DNA of 34,336 bases from assembly GCA_025201805.1 (NCBI GenBank), contig MU619371.1, forward strand, positions 4,742 through 39,077. The letters are read 5' to 3'. The position numbers were made by a program, and so were the translations under genes. Origin of the DNA: Parasitella parasitica NRRL 2501 (Eukaryota; Fungi; Mucoromycota). Under the pieces are notes generated by a model. That model was given only the letters and a program-made list of their open reading frames with translations. It was not told the DNA's origin and did no database searches. Shown piece by piece: positions 10,645 to 22,763 of the stretch. The stretch's first letter is position 1. Every line of letters begins with the position of its first letter.

Positions 10645-12595
10645 TCAAATAATTACGCTATCATTACCGCGCAAAGAGCTGAGCAACTTTGCCGGATGTA
10701 CAAAGAAGGAAAATATTAATGCAAGGCCAGATATTACAGCACAGACGAAAAAGATGAGGTTAGGCATAACTGCAACCGAAGCACTATATATAGTGTTGAT
10801 TGTCAATTGAGATACAATCACTGTGAAAGAAAGAAAAAGAAAAAAAAAATTACAGACATTAGTCTCCAATATGATTTAACGCAGAAATAAAAATAAAAAA
10901 AAATAAAAAGACTTACTGCCACATGCTTCCAAGACGGCCATGGCGCCAAGCAATTCGCCAATTTCAGAAGGGTTTACCAGAAAAGTTAGCAAAGAGCGAA
11001 GTGAGGGCGCTGCCAACATTGCCAAGCCCTGAAAGGCTCCAGTAACGGAAAAGCCGACTGATGTAGAGACTAGCCCGCACAAAATGAAGCAGAGTGTCTC
11101 AATGGACAATCCTGTGCGAATCATCCATGAATCAAACAAAATAGCGTGTCGAATGTCTTGTGCACTGCGCTTATCGTGCTCGTCGTCAGAGGCAGTTGCA
11201 GGCAGTGCGAGTTCCTTTGGTTTGGTAGTTGGCGATAGAGCTGCTTTGTTTCTGTGAAACAGCTTTGATAGCAGAGGCAGCACAACCAGCATGACAATCA
11301 CTCTTGAGAAGGCACATAGGCTAAAGTAAAGACCTCCTTCGTACGCTGTCCATCCGAATCGCAGCATGGCATACAAGAAGCTGGGAGGCATCACAACAAT
11401 GTACAGCAGAAACTGAACGGCTGCCATCAAAGGAAGAGCGTAGCGAGAAGCGTGTTCTGACGAAGCTCTCCAGAGAATTTGTAGCGCAGAAAAGATGTTG
11501 ATGCGCTGCAGAAATGTTTGCTTGCCTTGGGCGGCAGGCGCCTTGTAATTTTTCGTATCATTTGATTCGGGCACAACAAGCCAGATGTAGAAGCCAATGA
11601 AAACGTGCACAACAAACACCATGTAGAAAATGCTGTTGATTGATTTGGTTTCCTGTAGCAGAAATGAAGCGGCCGAGGGTCCAATGGAAGCTCCCAGGAA
11701 GATAGTAGCCATCATGTTACCAAATGCGATCGTCCTAGAATGCATACACCAAGACTTTATAAGCCGATACGTATCGAAATGACTTTTTTATAACGAGGCG
11801 TATTCATACCTTTCTGCGCGTGTCGTACAGTCTGAGATATACGCTTGAATAGCAGCTATAATGATGGTATCGCCTGCCAAAAGGCCCTTTACGATGGGAG
11901 CAACAAACAGCAGCGTTATGCCAAAAACGTCTATATACTTGATAGTAATGACGAATATCGCGATTTGGATCAGGCTTCCCAGCGTCGAAAGCAACATGAT
12001 GATGCGTCTGCCCTTACGATCAGATAAGGCGCCATAGTAAGAAGCAACCACTAATGCTGTGGAGAATGCCATGTTAGCACACTAATGTACGTGTACAGAT
12101 CAAGAATATTTACTGGACGCATAAGTCAATAACATGATGATAGCCTGCGCTTCAGACACAATAGCTTGGACTTCTGGGATGGCACAATTATCGAGAGGGA
12201 TTTCGTCACTGCTACCGTCTGATTGCTGCTGATAGTATCTACAAGACATGTGATATGTAAGACAATCAGGCAATTTTAGGGGCATTATACTGCAGCATTT
12301 TACTTGTAGCAAAAGATGACAGTGTAAAATTGGATCATGGGCGCATAGAGAGCGCTGTGGTAGTTTTTGCGTTAATCGTCCATCATATTGTATAACATTT
12401 GGTTTTTTTACGCAATTACCCAAATGAAAACGTCAGGCCAAACAGTGCGCTAATGACATACCAAGGCGATGCTCTCTTGGCACTATCAAACTTGCTACTA
12501 CCACTGCTATTACTAGAAGTTGACAACAAAGATTGATTTGCCACAGTGGGAGATAAGAGCGGTGTTTCTTCATTGGCTTTATGCAACTTTGACAT
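10645..12595 (-). CDS. MFS transporter (SLC46/tetracycline-efflux-like), ~530 aa
   Basis: Exons 12595-12420, 12354-12304, 12238-12114, 12056-11810, 11734-10917, 10820-10645. MFS motif A GALSDRKGRR, AYISDCT, FGWT, many hydrophobic segments, N-terminal EETPLL sorting-type motif. Confidence 0.88.
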
Positions 12596-13950
12596 TTTTA
12601 TGCTTGATCAACCAAGTGCCTATATATCTATATATATATGTGTGTGTTTGGAAGGGAAAAACTTAAAGAGAGAGGAAAAGATAAAGCATTCAAATGTAAA
12701 CCCTTCCACAAGCTCTTTATTGTTCTACAGACATTGCTGGTTTACAAATACCAAATCTCCTTTTCAGGCATGATCGAGCTTTGTGTGGGATTTACTCGTA
12801 AGTTTGTATCGCCACTGTGTATCATGGCACAACCCAGACCAAACACCCATGAAAATCGTGATAGCACTGTGACAAAAGACTTGCATCATGACAAATCGCT
12901 TCTATCGTGATTGTAAACTCGACTGACGATAGCCAGCGAAAACAGATCAAAGGCTCATTTTGAGCCGGAATCACGGAGCTATGATTCTCCAGACAAAGGT
13001 ATTTGCTGTTAATCAGAATTCGAAACTCACCTGACGTCAGTTCAGGTTATATATATATATATATAAAAAAAAAAAAAAAAAAACGCATTGAAATAAACCA
13101 TTTGACAAGTCCTCACTGTCATGGTCAAAACAAATCAATATACAAATGTGCATCACATTTATAGTGTATAGACTGGACTTTAGGTAGGATCCATCAAGAT
13201 TGAATATGCAACAACACTAAAAAAAAAAAAAAAAAAAATATCACTATCTTGATCATTGATCGCCAGTGGTATTATTGAAATCTTTTGAAAGCTCAAATTT
13301 TCAACTACATAGTCTTTCGATGACTCAATGTGTTTTTGACCAAAAGGCTCTCTACTCATCAGCACCACGACATTCTGCAAAGAGTCAACTTTTTCGCATG
13401 CCTGGTATGGCTGCTACTGTCGAGGAAGCAAAGCAGTCAAGCACATTTTAGCTCAAAGTATATGCGGTATTTGAGTTTAAAGATACGGATGGAGTTTGTA
13501 CATGAGGTTGCAATGGTTGACATGTGAATGCTGATGATATACTGGATCCAGTCTTGCTCAGACCTTGTAAGCAACCCAGGATGTTGTCCAGAATACACTT
13601 TGTATTAGTTGAAATTGGGTTTCCATGTGGCCCAAGACAGGACAATGACTGGTGGTATGTCGTCGCGAACAAGCACTGTGCATCAGATCAGATCAGAACG
13701 AACGCATGTAGAGCACGGACACACGCTGCCCTGAAAAGGGAGGATCTCAGTGTAAAATCGCCTTGCTCTTTAGTTATCATGTGAAAATAGCTATACGGCA
13801 ATAAAACCAACTGTGCTACATTAAAAATACATTTTTACAGCTGCATCTCACTGTTTCTCCTCCCCTCCCCCTACTCCTTTTTGGTTTTTGTTTTTCTTTG
13901 CTTTTTGCTTTTTGCTTTTTGCTTTTTTTTTCCATCATTCAGCTATTATC

Positions 13951-16530
13951 ATGAAACAGTTTACCGTGGAGATCGGACCCGACCAGCCCAACGGCGGCCG
14001 TATTAGACGATCCATCTTCTCCCCTGAAGGACTCTGCCGTGTGCCGGATGCCCATGTTCACACACTGTATGATGTGCTTGGAAGGAGCGCCGCCAAGTAT
14101 CCCCAACGCAAGGGCTTTGGCTTTCGCAAGGTGGAGCAGATGGTAGACGAGGAAAAGGAGGTTTCGCAGTTTGTCAATGGAGAAGAGGTCAAGCAGAAAA
14201 AGACATGGAAGTTCTTTCAATTGTCGCCCTACCACTACCTGACGTACAAGGAGGCGTCTCGTCTGGCTCATGATGTGGGCGCTGGTTTTGTCCAGCTTGG
14301 CCTCAACCACAGATCGAAAATCGAGTTGTTTTCTCCAACAAAGTAAGTGTGCAACTGCAATTACACGACACGCACCGTTTTGCGAATTGACCAACACTGC
14401 CGTGCGTTTTAAGCATGTACTGGCTCCTGACGGCCCACAGTGCTTTTACTCAAAACATGACCATTGTCACTGCCTACGACACGCTCGGCGAAGAGGGCTT
14501 GGTTCACTCAATGAACGAGACCCAGGTGGAGGCCATCTACACTGTTGCTGATTTGCTGCCTACTGTGCAAAAAGCAGCTGCAAAGTGTCCTAGTCTGCGC
14601 TACATTATTTACAGCGGCGAGATCAAGACGGAGACACTCGAAAAGGTCAATGCTGGTGTGTCCCAAAAGGTCGTTTCCTTGGATGAAGTGGCCAAGTTGG
14701 GACGAGATCACCCGAGAGAAGCTAGAAAGCCTGAGCCTGAGGATCTGTGCTGCATCATGTATACCTCTGGAAGCACGGGAAATCCAAAGGGCGTCATGTT
14801 GTCGCATAAGAACATTGTGGCTGCCAGTAAAGTGCCAAGTAGATGTGTCTGTAGCTGCTTTGAACTAATTACACAATGTCTATATATGTAGTTGCCGGCT
14901 GCAACACTATTCTCGGTCATCTTATCACTGACTCTGACAGCATGATGGCCTATCTTCCCCTGGCTCATGTGTTGGAATTTGTTGTCGAGAATCTCTGTGT
15001 GTTCTGGGGCGTAACGTAAGATCTCTGCAATTTGCATGCTACACGGCTAGTAGTCTCTAAACATTTATGGTAGTTTGGGCTATGCTTCTGTTCGTACGCT
15101 GACGGACGCATCTGTACGTAACTGCAAAGGCGACATCAAGGAGTTCAGACCCACTTTGATGACAGGCGTGCCTGCTGTCTGGGAGTCCATTCGTAAGGGT
15201 ATCTTGGGCAAGATTGCAGAAGCATCGCCAAAGGCGCAAAAGATCTTCCACAAGGCCTATGCCACCAAGGCTTGGCTGCTGGAGCGCCATCTACCCACGG
15301 GTTTTATCGACAAGGTAGTGTTCAACAAGATCAAGGACCAGGTGGGCGGACGTCTTCGTTTTGCGCTGTCTGGCGGCGCTCCCGTGTCGATAGAAACCCA
15401 AAAGTTTCTATCGGTTGCAATCTGCCCTATCCTTGGAGGTTTCGGCATGACAGAAAGTAAGTGTTGTACACAATGTATATACTATAGTCTGCATATGTTT
15501 ATACTGTCGTGCTGACCTAAACTGTACGATTTATCTGTGTGCTTATTATGTGCTTTTCTGGGGGTTTTTTTTTTCTTTTCTCGATGGTGTTATCAGGCTG
15601 CGGGTAAGTGACGAGACACAACAGAAGGTTTACATGATTGTTTATTTATATATTTATATGTGTGTCTATTTGGTAGTATGTGCTGTGTCATGACACCCGA
15701 ACAGTTTGGATATGGCCAAGTAGGTGCACCTGTTCCCTGTTGTGAGATTAAACTGGTGGATGTCCCTGATGCCAACTATTTCTCCACGAATGCTAAACCG
15801 CAAGGAGAGGTCTGGGTGCGTGGGCCATCCATCACCAAGGGATACTGGGAACGTGAGGATATCACCCAGGAGACCATGACTGAAGATAATTGGCTGCAAA
15901 CAGGCGACATTGCAGAATGGAACGAGAACGGAACCTTGACCATCATTGATCGAAAAAAGAACCTGGTCAAGTTGAGCAACGGCGAATACATTGCACTCGA
16001 GAAGCTCGAGTCAATCTACAAGAGCTGCGTCTATGTCACCAATATCTGCGTCTACGCCGATTCCCTGTATCCAAAGCCGATTGCGCTTGCCGTTGTCTCT
16101 GAGCCCGTTATTCGCAAATTGGCTGCTGAAAAGCAGGTGACGGAAACTGATTTCGAGGCTCTATGTCTGAACGATGCTGTGAAAAAAACAATCCTTGCTG
16201 CGCTCTTGGAACAAGCTAAAGAAGGTGGATTAAAGGGGGCAGAGCTGTTATTTGATGTCTATTTATGCCATCAGGAATGGACAACTGATTCGGTATGTTA
16301 AAACATGATGGATAGTATGTGTTGGGATGCAAGTTGTTAAACTGAGATTCATTATAATACACACAGGGCATGTTGACTGCTGCACAAAAGATTAAGCGCC
16401 CTGAAATTACAAAGGCCTTTAAAGCAGAACTCGAAGCCATGTAAGTTGTCTTGCTATTGTAGTGCACACACACATACACACACTTTTCTAACTTGATTGT
16501 AACCTTAGGAATGCCAAGCAAAAGAGCTAA
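13951..16530 (+). CDS. Long-chain fatty acyl-CoA synthetase (FAA1/FAA4-like), ~676 aa
   Basis: Exons 13951-14342, 14414-14826, 14892-15015, 15074-15456, 15597-15603, 15677-16292, 16367-16440, 16509-16530. Motifs [62 protein letters not shown]. Confidence 0.95.
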
Positions 16531-16550
16531 ATGGCGCCCACCCCTCTAAC

Positions 16551-16840
16551 NNNNNNNNNNNNNNNNNNNNNNNNNNNNNNNNNNNNNNNNNNNNNNNNNN
16601 NNNNNNNNNNNNNNNNNNNNNNNNNNNNNNNNNNNNNNNNNNNNNNNNNNNNNNNNNNNNNNNNNNNNNNNNNNNNNNNNNNNNNNNNNNNNNNNNNNNN
16701 NNNNNNNNNNNNNNNNNNNNNNNNNNNNNNNNNNNNNNNNNNNNNNNNNNNNNNNNNNNNNNNNNNNNNNNNNNNNNNNNNNNNNNNNNNNNNNNNNNNN
16801 NNNNNNNNNNNNNNNNNNNNNNNNNNNNNNNNNNNNNNNN
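16551..16840. other. Assembly gap (290 N)
   Basis: Run of N. Smaller gaps at 7346-7355, 8540-8614, 22551-22560 and 32334-32373. Confidence 0.99.
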
Positions 16841-17514
16841 AGTGATTGGGATCATGTAAGTTAAAAATCATAACATATGAAAATCGCTTGAATTCTAAAT
16901 AATGGCAATATTGCCAGTACAGCCTTATGCGTGCATGTTGGACAAGAAATATCAGATGATCTGCTGAAATGTATGAATTTCGTGCAACTGTAACAAACAA
17001 CAAGTTTACATGTAAATATTATATCCAGCTGGTAAAAATATATAACCCAAGAGATGCCTCTAGATTACATGTAATGTGATCCCCAGCATATAAATATATA
17101 CATTTATAATAAAGTATACGGCTAGGCTACCGATCAGATCCGATGCCAGATACCCGGTGCTTAATATCAGTCAGCTGAAGGTGCCTGGTCCAATGGTATA
17201 CGGATTGATGATCTCTCGTGAGTCTTGGCCCAGGCTCACAATAGCTGCTATTCAGCTGGGCAAGATACCCCCCATTTGCCAAAGTGTGCACTCGGAAATT
17301 ATATACATGTACGCTGAGCTCGGGTTGCAACTTGTATTGGAAACGCGTGATATCGAGACATTTATATAGGCATTTACTAAATTGAGAAAAAAGCGGGGCA
17401 CACACACACCTGTAAAGTGTATAAATAAATGGCGATTTTCCTTTCATCTTCTTTTTTTTTCTTCTTCTCTCTTTATTCTTTTCTTGCACTTTTTTTTTTT
17501 TTACATGACCAAAG

Positions 17515-18108
17515 ATGATTATTGCAAGATTTACAAATACGCACTTTCCTGATAGCCATAGCAACGGCAACAACAAGACTACGTCATGTCGTCGATTTAC
17601 TCTGAGTGAAAAATCAAACTGGACAACCGATGACAGTGGAGACGAAATAACAAGACAGCATTACCAGTATAAGGACAGGTTCATCGAGCTAGCACAGGCT
17701 GCATTAGAGGAAGCCAAAATGGAAGAAGAGCAAAAGGGCGTACTACAAGAATTGGTGGAGGCTTTACTTACTCACTCAGGGGCGCCCATGGTTGCCAATG
17801 TTATATTGGAGCAGTTTCAGAGCCAGGATGTCATCCAGAGATTAGCTGAAGACCATTTCGAACAGCAGGAGAGAAGAAGATCTAGCTACCAGGAAGACGA
17901 ACCAGAGCAGCTAAACACACTAAAAGAACCAGCAAGCGAAATCGTGTACAGCAACATGGCTACAAAACTCGACACAACCACGGATTATATCATTACTATT
18001 TCTGAATACCTTTGGAGAGTATTCAGACTCTTGCTATTGGCAAGTCTTGTCGGCCTTGTATACCATTTCATGTGTGCAGATACAGAAAATCAACCACTCT
18101 TCAAATAA
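17515..18108 (+). CDS. Hypothetical protein, 197 aa, acidic/helical with one C-terminal hydrophobic segment
   Basis: Uninterrupted ATG ORF after a TATA-like element and a pyrimidine-rich leader, followed by an A/T-rich 3' region. No family recognised. Confidence 0.6.
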   Translation: MIIARFTNTHFPDSHSNGNNKTTSCRRFTLSEKSNWTTDDSGDEITRQHYQYKDRFIELAQAALEEAKMEEEQKGVLQELVEALLTHSGAPMVANVILEQFQSQDVIQRLAEDHFEQQERRRSSYQEDEPEQLNTLKEPASEIVYSNMATKLDTTTDYIITISEYLWRVFRLLLLASLVGLVYHFMCADTENQPLFK

Positions 18109-18231
18109 CAATAAGCCCTTTTTTTTTTATATATATATAATAATAATACCAATTTCATGTAAATAATATCCCCCCCCCCTTTTTTTTTCTATACAATAAA
18201 GAGAAAAAAAAAAAAGGCTCATTCTGTTCTT

Positions 18232-19432
18232 TTACACGCCACACAGTATGCTTAACTCTTCAATCAATTTCTGCGCTATTAATTGATCATTACTAGTGAA
18301 TTCGACTTGAACGGATTTTAGATCCTCAGACACATCGATAACCTCGCAGACTATTTTGTACTAGTGCAAAATTCATGAAAATCGAGAGCCTAAAATAAAT
18401 TATGCACTTTACCTTTGACGACGATAATGCGATTCTCATCCCATAATTTATGCCTATTAAAGGCTGGATCTCAAAGATGTCTCGTAAAAATCCCACCGGA
18501 TAGCATAGTGTATCGACAAGACCCAAATCTAATTTGCTGTCTAGAATTTCTTTTTTAAACTAGGCGCAAAAAAAAAAGAAGCTTGAATGCGATATCAATC
18601 GAAATCAAAGCACATGGTTTTTACCTGGTCGATCAAATACAATCCAAACTCGCGCTTCAACTCAATGGTGTCTTGAGGCGATAGAGGGTTTATAAAGTTT
18701 AAAATGACGGTGCCATTGCATTGTGTTATCTCCTTCAAACGGATCTCGATTTCTTGCGTGTACAGTGCTTGCGGTGCCAGATTACACGGCGACTCAAACA
18801 GGTTTGGCTGATCATGGTTCCGATACGAAATATCAGCCTAAGAGAGGCAGAGACAAAGAGTTTTTTGTTAATTGTAAGGAAACAACGGCTGCGAAAAAAA
18901 TGCATTACCTCCGTAGTTTCAAGCTTCAGTACACCAGTCATTGAGGTTGCGGGTAGCATGGTTTCGTTCTTTACAGTCAGCGACATGCAGACGTTGCCGT
19001 TTCCAGCTGGCGTGAACGAACTTTCTAGCGGGCCATGAGCCAATTGTACGTCTTTATTTGCTGCTAAAAAAAACTTACCAATCCTCATGTTGGCTTTATA
19101 TATGTGCTGCACCATGTGTGCCATCCTTGAAGCCATGTCGACTGATTTGTGCGCAGTCTTCTCGTATTGCTAAACATACATACATGTAAGTGAACGAAAA
19201 AAAAAAAAAACACTTTGCCTGCACCGTCGTATTGGGGGTTTTTTCTTACAGAGCAAATGGCGCTCAGCGTTGTCTGTGCGCCCAGAATACTTGAACCGAC
19301 AGCCTCCAAGATGCTACTTTCTCTATAAGGGAGTGATATGTTTATCTTGCTAGCGATTCTCTTTGGCAATTTGCTTTGCTCTTACGGGTTTTCGATGAAT
19401 TGGGCTTCGTCTGGGACGTTTCCTGAAGTCAT
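18232..19432 (-). CDS. Hypothetical 7-exon protein, 271 aa (possible adaptin-appendage-like beta-sandwich plus alpha/beta platform)
   Basis: Exons 19432-19386, 19322-19250, 19169-19079, 19024-18909, 18837-18625, 18559-18413, 18360-18232. Six canonical GT-AG introns of 52-80 nt, all phases compatible, giving one stop-free frame MTSGNVPDEAQF...IEELSILCGV*. Confidence 0.8.
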
Positions 19433-19517
19433 GGTTCACGATGAAAAAAGAAAGAACAGAGCCAGAAAGCTTTGCCAAGTGACCGGCTCTTTCTCCTCGC
19501 GTTTTTGCATTGGAAGC

Positions 19518-19969
19518 ATGCCCCTAGGCCGCTTCTTCAAGCTCGCCAGCGTATGCACTCAACAAGACAGAGATTTATTACGCCTGCATGTATTGCAGCC
19601 TTGCTATATCAAGTCTGAGAGTTATAATCGCCCATTCAGGAACAATCGGGTAGGTCTTGCTCATCAATATGGTACAAGGCGGTGATAATTATAACAATCG
19701 CTGTTGTATACAACTAAACAGATGCTCCAACCGAGTTAACATTATGCAGAGAGATTCAAATCATAAACTATGAGAGCGATATTCGCCAGCACAGTTGGCT
19801 TAATCAATCAATGCGTCAAACATCCCAAATACCCATACCATTCACACAAGAAATTGTTGTTGAAATGCTTGGCAGTGGTCAAATTTATGCATATTTGGAA
19901 AAAAAAAAAAAAAACGTCTATGAATTACAGGTACTCGGAGAATGTTGCATTCTGCAAATGTCGCTGTAA
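19518..19969 (+). CDS. Tentative small spliced hypothetical gene
   Basis: Exons 19518-19550, 19640-19649, 19722-(19969) give an open frame MPLGRFFKLASEQSDAPTELTLCREIQIINYESDIRQH... The 3' structure is ambiguous and no family is recognised. Confidence 0.25.
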
Positions 19970-20277
19970 TTTTTTTTTTCTTTTTTTCTCATCCAAAACT
20001 ACAACAGTTTTTAGTTGGACCTTCTCTGTTTTGTTTAAACTATAAGGCTAATCCCATCAGATCTATATACAATACTCGATGTTTCATCAGATTTTTCAAT
20101 CCAATTCGTAAATAATTTCAAAATGGAAAAATCAGCGCATTTGGCTGGATTTGAAGCTGCTGCTGGTCATGACGTCGAGACTTTTCGTGGGGGCGATATA
20201 AGTGGCAGATTGTATTTGGATTGCTTCTCTTTGCTCTTTATTAGTAAACAAGTCAAGGGAAAAAAAAAAAAAGCACA

Positions 20278-20928
20278 ATGTCCTGGCGTAGAATTGATAT
20301 CGATCAGTACGACGAAGACGCGTACACTGAAGAAGAGATCCTCTCAGAGTTTAATACTGACATACCGCCCGAACAAGTCATCTCTTTATCACAAACACGA
20401 AACACAGATGTTCGCAACTTGCTCACAAAGTAGCGTTAGTAGAAAGCCTACTGCATAGAAACATCGACTAACAGGCTTGTTTATTAGAGGCGATTTCAAC
20501 AGTGCTCTGGTTCGTGCGTTAGAGGAGCCTCCCTATGGTCAGCAAGTAGAGTCTGCCAAAGTAAGTTGAAAGGGGCAATAGGCAATCATATATATATATG
20601 CACGCTAACATGGTAGTCATCAAGGCTGAAAGCACGGAGACGGTCACTGAGGTTTTGAATCGCTTCCGTGCTACGGATATTCCTCAAGTAATCAAGTCTC
20701 TTGGCGCTGAGCAACAAGACATTCTGATGAAGTATTTGTATGCAGGAATGAGTAAGCCCGAACTATTTAACCCTAGCGTCCTGTTGACATGGCACGAAAA
20801 GGTAAAAGAAAGGCTGCATGATTTCCATACGCATTGGCTCTGATATTTTTATTTCATGCTAGCTGACAGAAGTTGCTGGAAACGGCTGTATTGTCCGTGT
20901 GATGACAGATAAACGCACAGTGTTCTAA
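20278..20928 (+). CDS. ARC15: Arp2/3 complex subunit 5 (p16-Arc/ARPC5), 155 aa
   Basis: Exons 20278-20429, 20488-20560, 20625-20801, 20863-20928. Motifs WRRIDIDQYDED, PPYG, QDILMKYLYAGM, VLLTWHEKLTEVAGNGCIVRVMTDKRTV. Confidence 0.94.
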
Positions 20929-20979
20929 AAAAAAACAAAAAAAAACAACTGCAATAAAAAATTGATATTGCTGCAAAAA

Positions 20980-22508
20980 TCATCCAAGCTTCAAACGGAA
21001 GCCAGTAGATTCAGTCTGCCCACCAAATATTGTCCCCGCAAAATCATCATCCTCGCCGTTTTCGCCATGGACTGCTGCAGGAGCTGATGGACTAAATGCC
21101 CGCTTTCTACAGACAAACGTGAGCATTAAAAATATGCCGCCATGTGTCTGCGGAGACTTACTTGTGGCCGGATCCTTTGGATGGCCATGTAGGAAATAGA
21201 GATGGATCTTTGGGTGCAGGGCTTTCACTGAAATAGGGATGTTTAAGGGCTTGCTCTGCAGTAATACGTTTTGAGGGATCGTATGTGAGTAGCTTTGATA
21301 AAAGATCCAGTCCTGCTTGGGTCAAGGTTGTGAATTTACTTCTTAATGAGCTGTATCTGTAATATACAAATACATATAATTTACATTAATGATACTTGTA
21401 AAAAAAAAAAAAAGCAAGCAAGCAGACGATACCTACGGCTGATAAGAGGGTGCAATGTTCTTTGCATGAGGAAGTTGGGAATAGCATGGCCAGATGGCCT
21501 CGGTTGGACTTCCAAGCAGTTTGAAAATCTGAATGTCATTGTCATTGTTATTGTTATTCATGAGTGGCTTGCTGCAGCCAGCTTGAAATGTGCCCCACTT
21601 ACTCTGTCCAGCTGATCTATTTCACTTCTACCAGGCAGTAAAGCCTCGTTATTCAGCAGCTCTGCAAAAATGCAACCAACCGACCACATGTCAATAGCAG
21701 TTGTGTACTCTTTGGCCCCCAGGAGCAGCTCTGGTGCTCTGTACCACAAAGTGACAACCAGCTGTGTCATATTGCCCATGGGGCTGCCGTATTTCCTTGC
21801 GAGACCGAAATCTGCCACCTTGATTTCGCCACGGTTGTTCAACAGCAGATTACTCGTTTTCAAATCTCGATGGATGATCCAGTTGTCGTGCATCAATGCC
21901 ACGGCGGATAGCAGTTGCAGCATCAGCGTCTTGATTTCCGACTGCAGAAATGGAGAGCGCATGTCCTGCATCAAGCCTTTCAAATCATGATCAATGAAAT
22001 CCATCACAATGAATACCCTATTTGCCATTTGTTAAGTCTAAAAAGAGAGATAGTTTGCGCTCTCTCTGCTGTAAGCTTACTGATCCATGTGATTCCCCAT
22101 CACAATCTCTCGCACGTTGACAATGTTTGGGTGCTTTATAATCATCAGCGCATGAATTTCTCTCAGGCTGGTTACTGGAAATCCGCCGTTTTCGGGCTGC
22201 AGCTTTAGCTTTTTCAGCGCGACCACCTCGTCTGTTTCTTTATCACGAGCACGAAACACGATACCGTAAGAGCCTTCCTCAATGTGATTCAGACGCTCAA
22301 AGCTATCAACATGTCGACACGCCCTCAAATACGGATACGGTTTGGGAGCTGGTCTCTCGGCTTGCATAATCACTTGTCGCACAGCTCTCTCTGTTGTCGG
22401 CGAGAAAGCTGCAGGTTTCTGCCTTGAATGCTCTTTTTCCTGTTCTTTCTTACCATCTGCTTCTTCCTCTTCCGCAGCCCATCGAGACTTTTTGATCAAA
22501 TCAGACAT
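20980..22508 (-). CDS. CDK11: PITSLRE-type cyclin-dependent kinase (CDK11/CDK10 family), ~418 aa
   Basis: Exons 22508-22081, 22017-21603, 21528-21437, 21356-21162, 21106-20980. Motifs [55 protein letters not shown]. Confidence 0.92.
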
Positions 22509-22763
22509 TATGGAAATGTGGATAAAAAGGTTTTTTTTTTTTTTTTTTTTNNNNNNNNNNATTCTTTACAACCATCAACAGAAACCGTCACCCACGAACA
22601 AACATGCTAAAGGCCATTCATTCATCATCAATTCGAATACACAAGCCAAACATTGAATAGTGTGATTTCTCTCTATTGAAAACCAAAGAGCAAAGTTGCC
22701 AATTTATTGCGAAAGGCGCTATCTCTGAAAACCCCGGGTTTTGCGTCGTATTTTCCACGTACG

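Noticed and set aside
13180-13784. Short ORFs between the MFS and acyl-CoA synthetase genes
   Set aside because: No phase-consistent exon chain or recognisable motif on either strand; frames are interrupted by stops.
16505-17003. ORFs spanning the N gap
   Set aside because: Artefacts of translating N.
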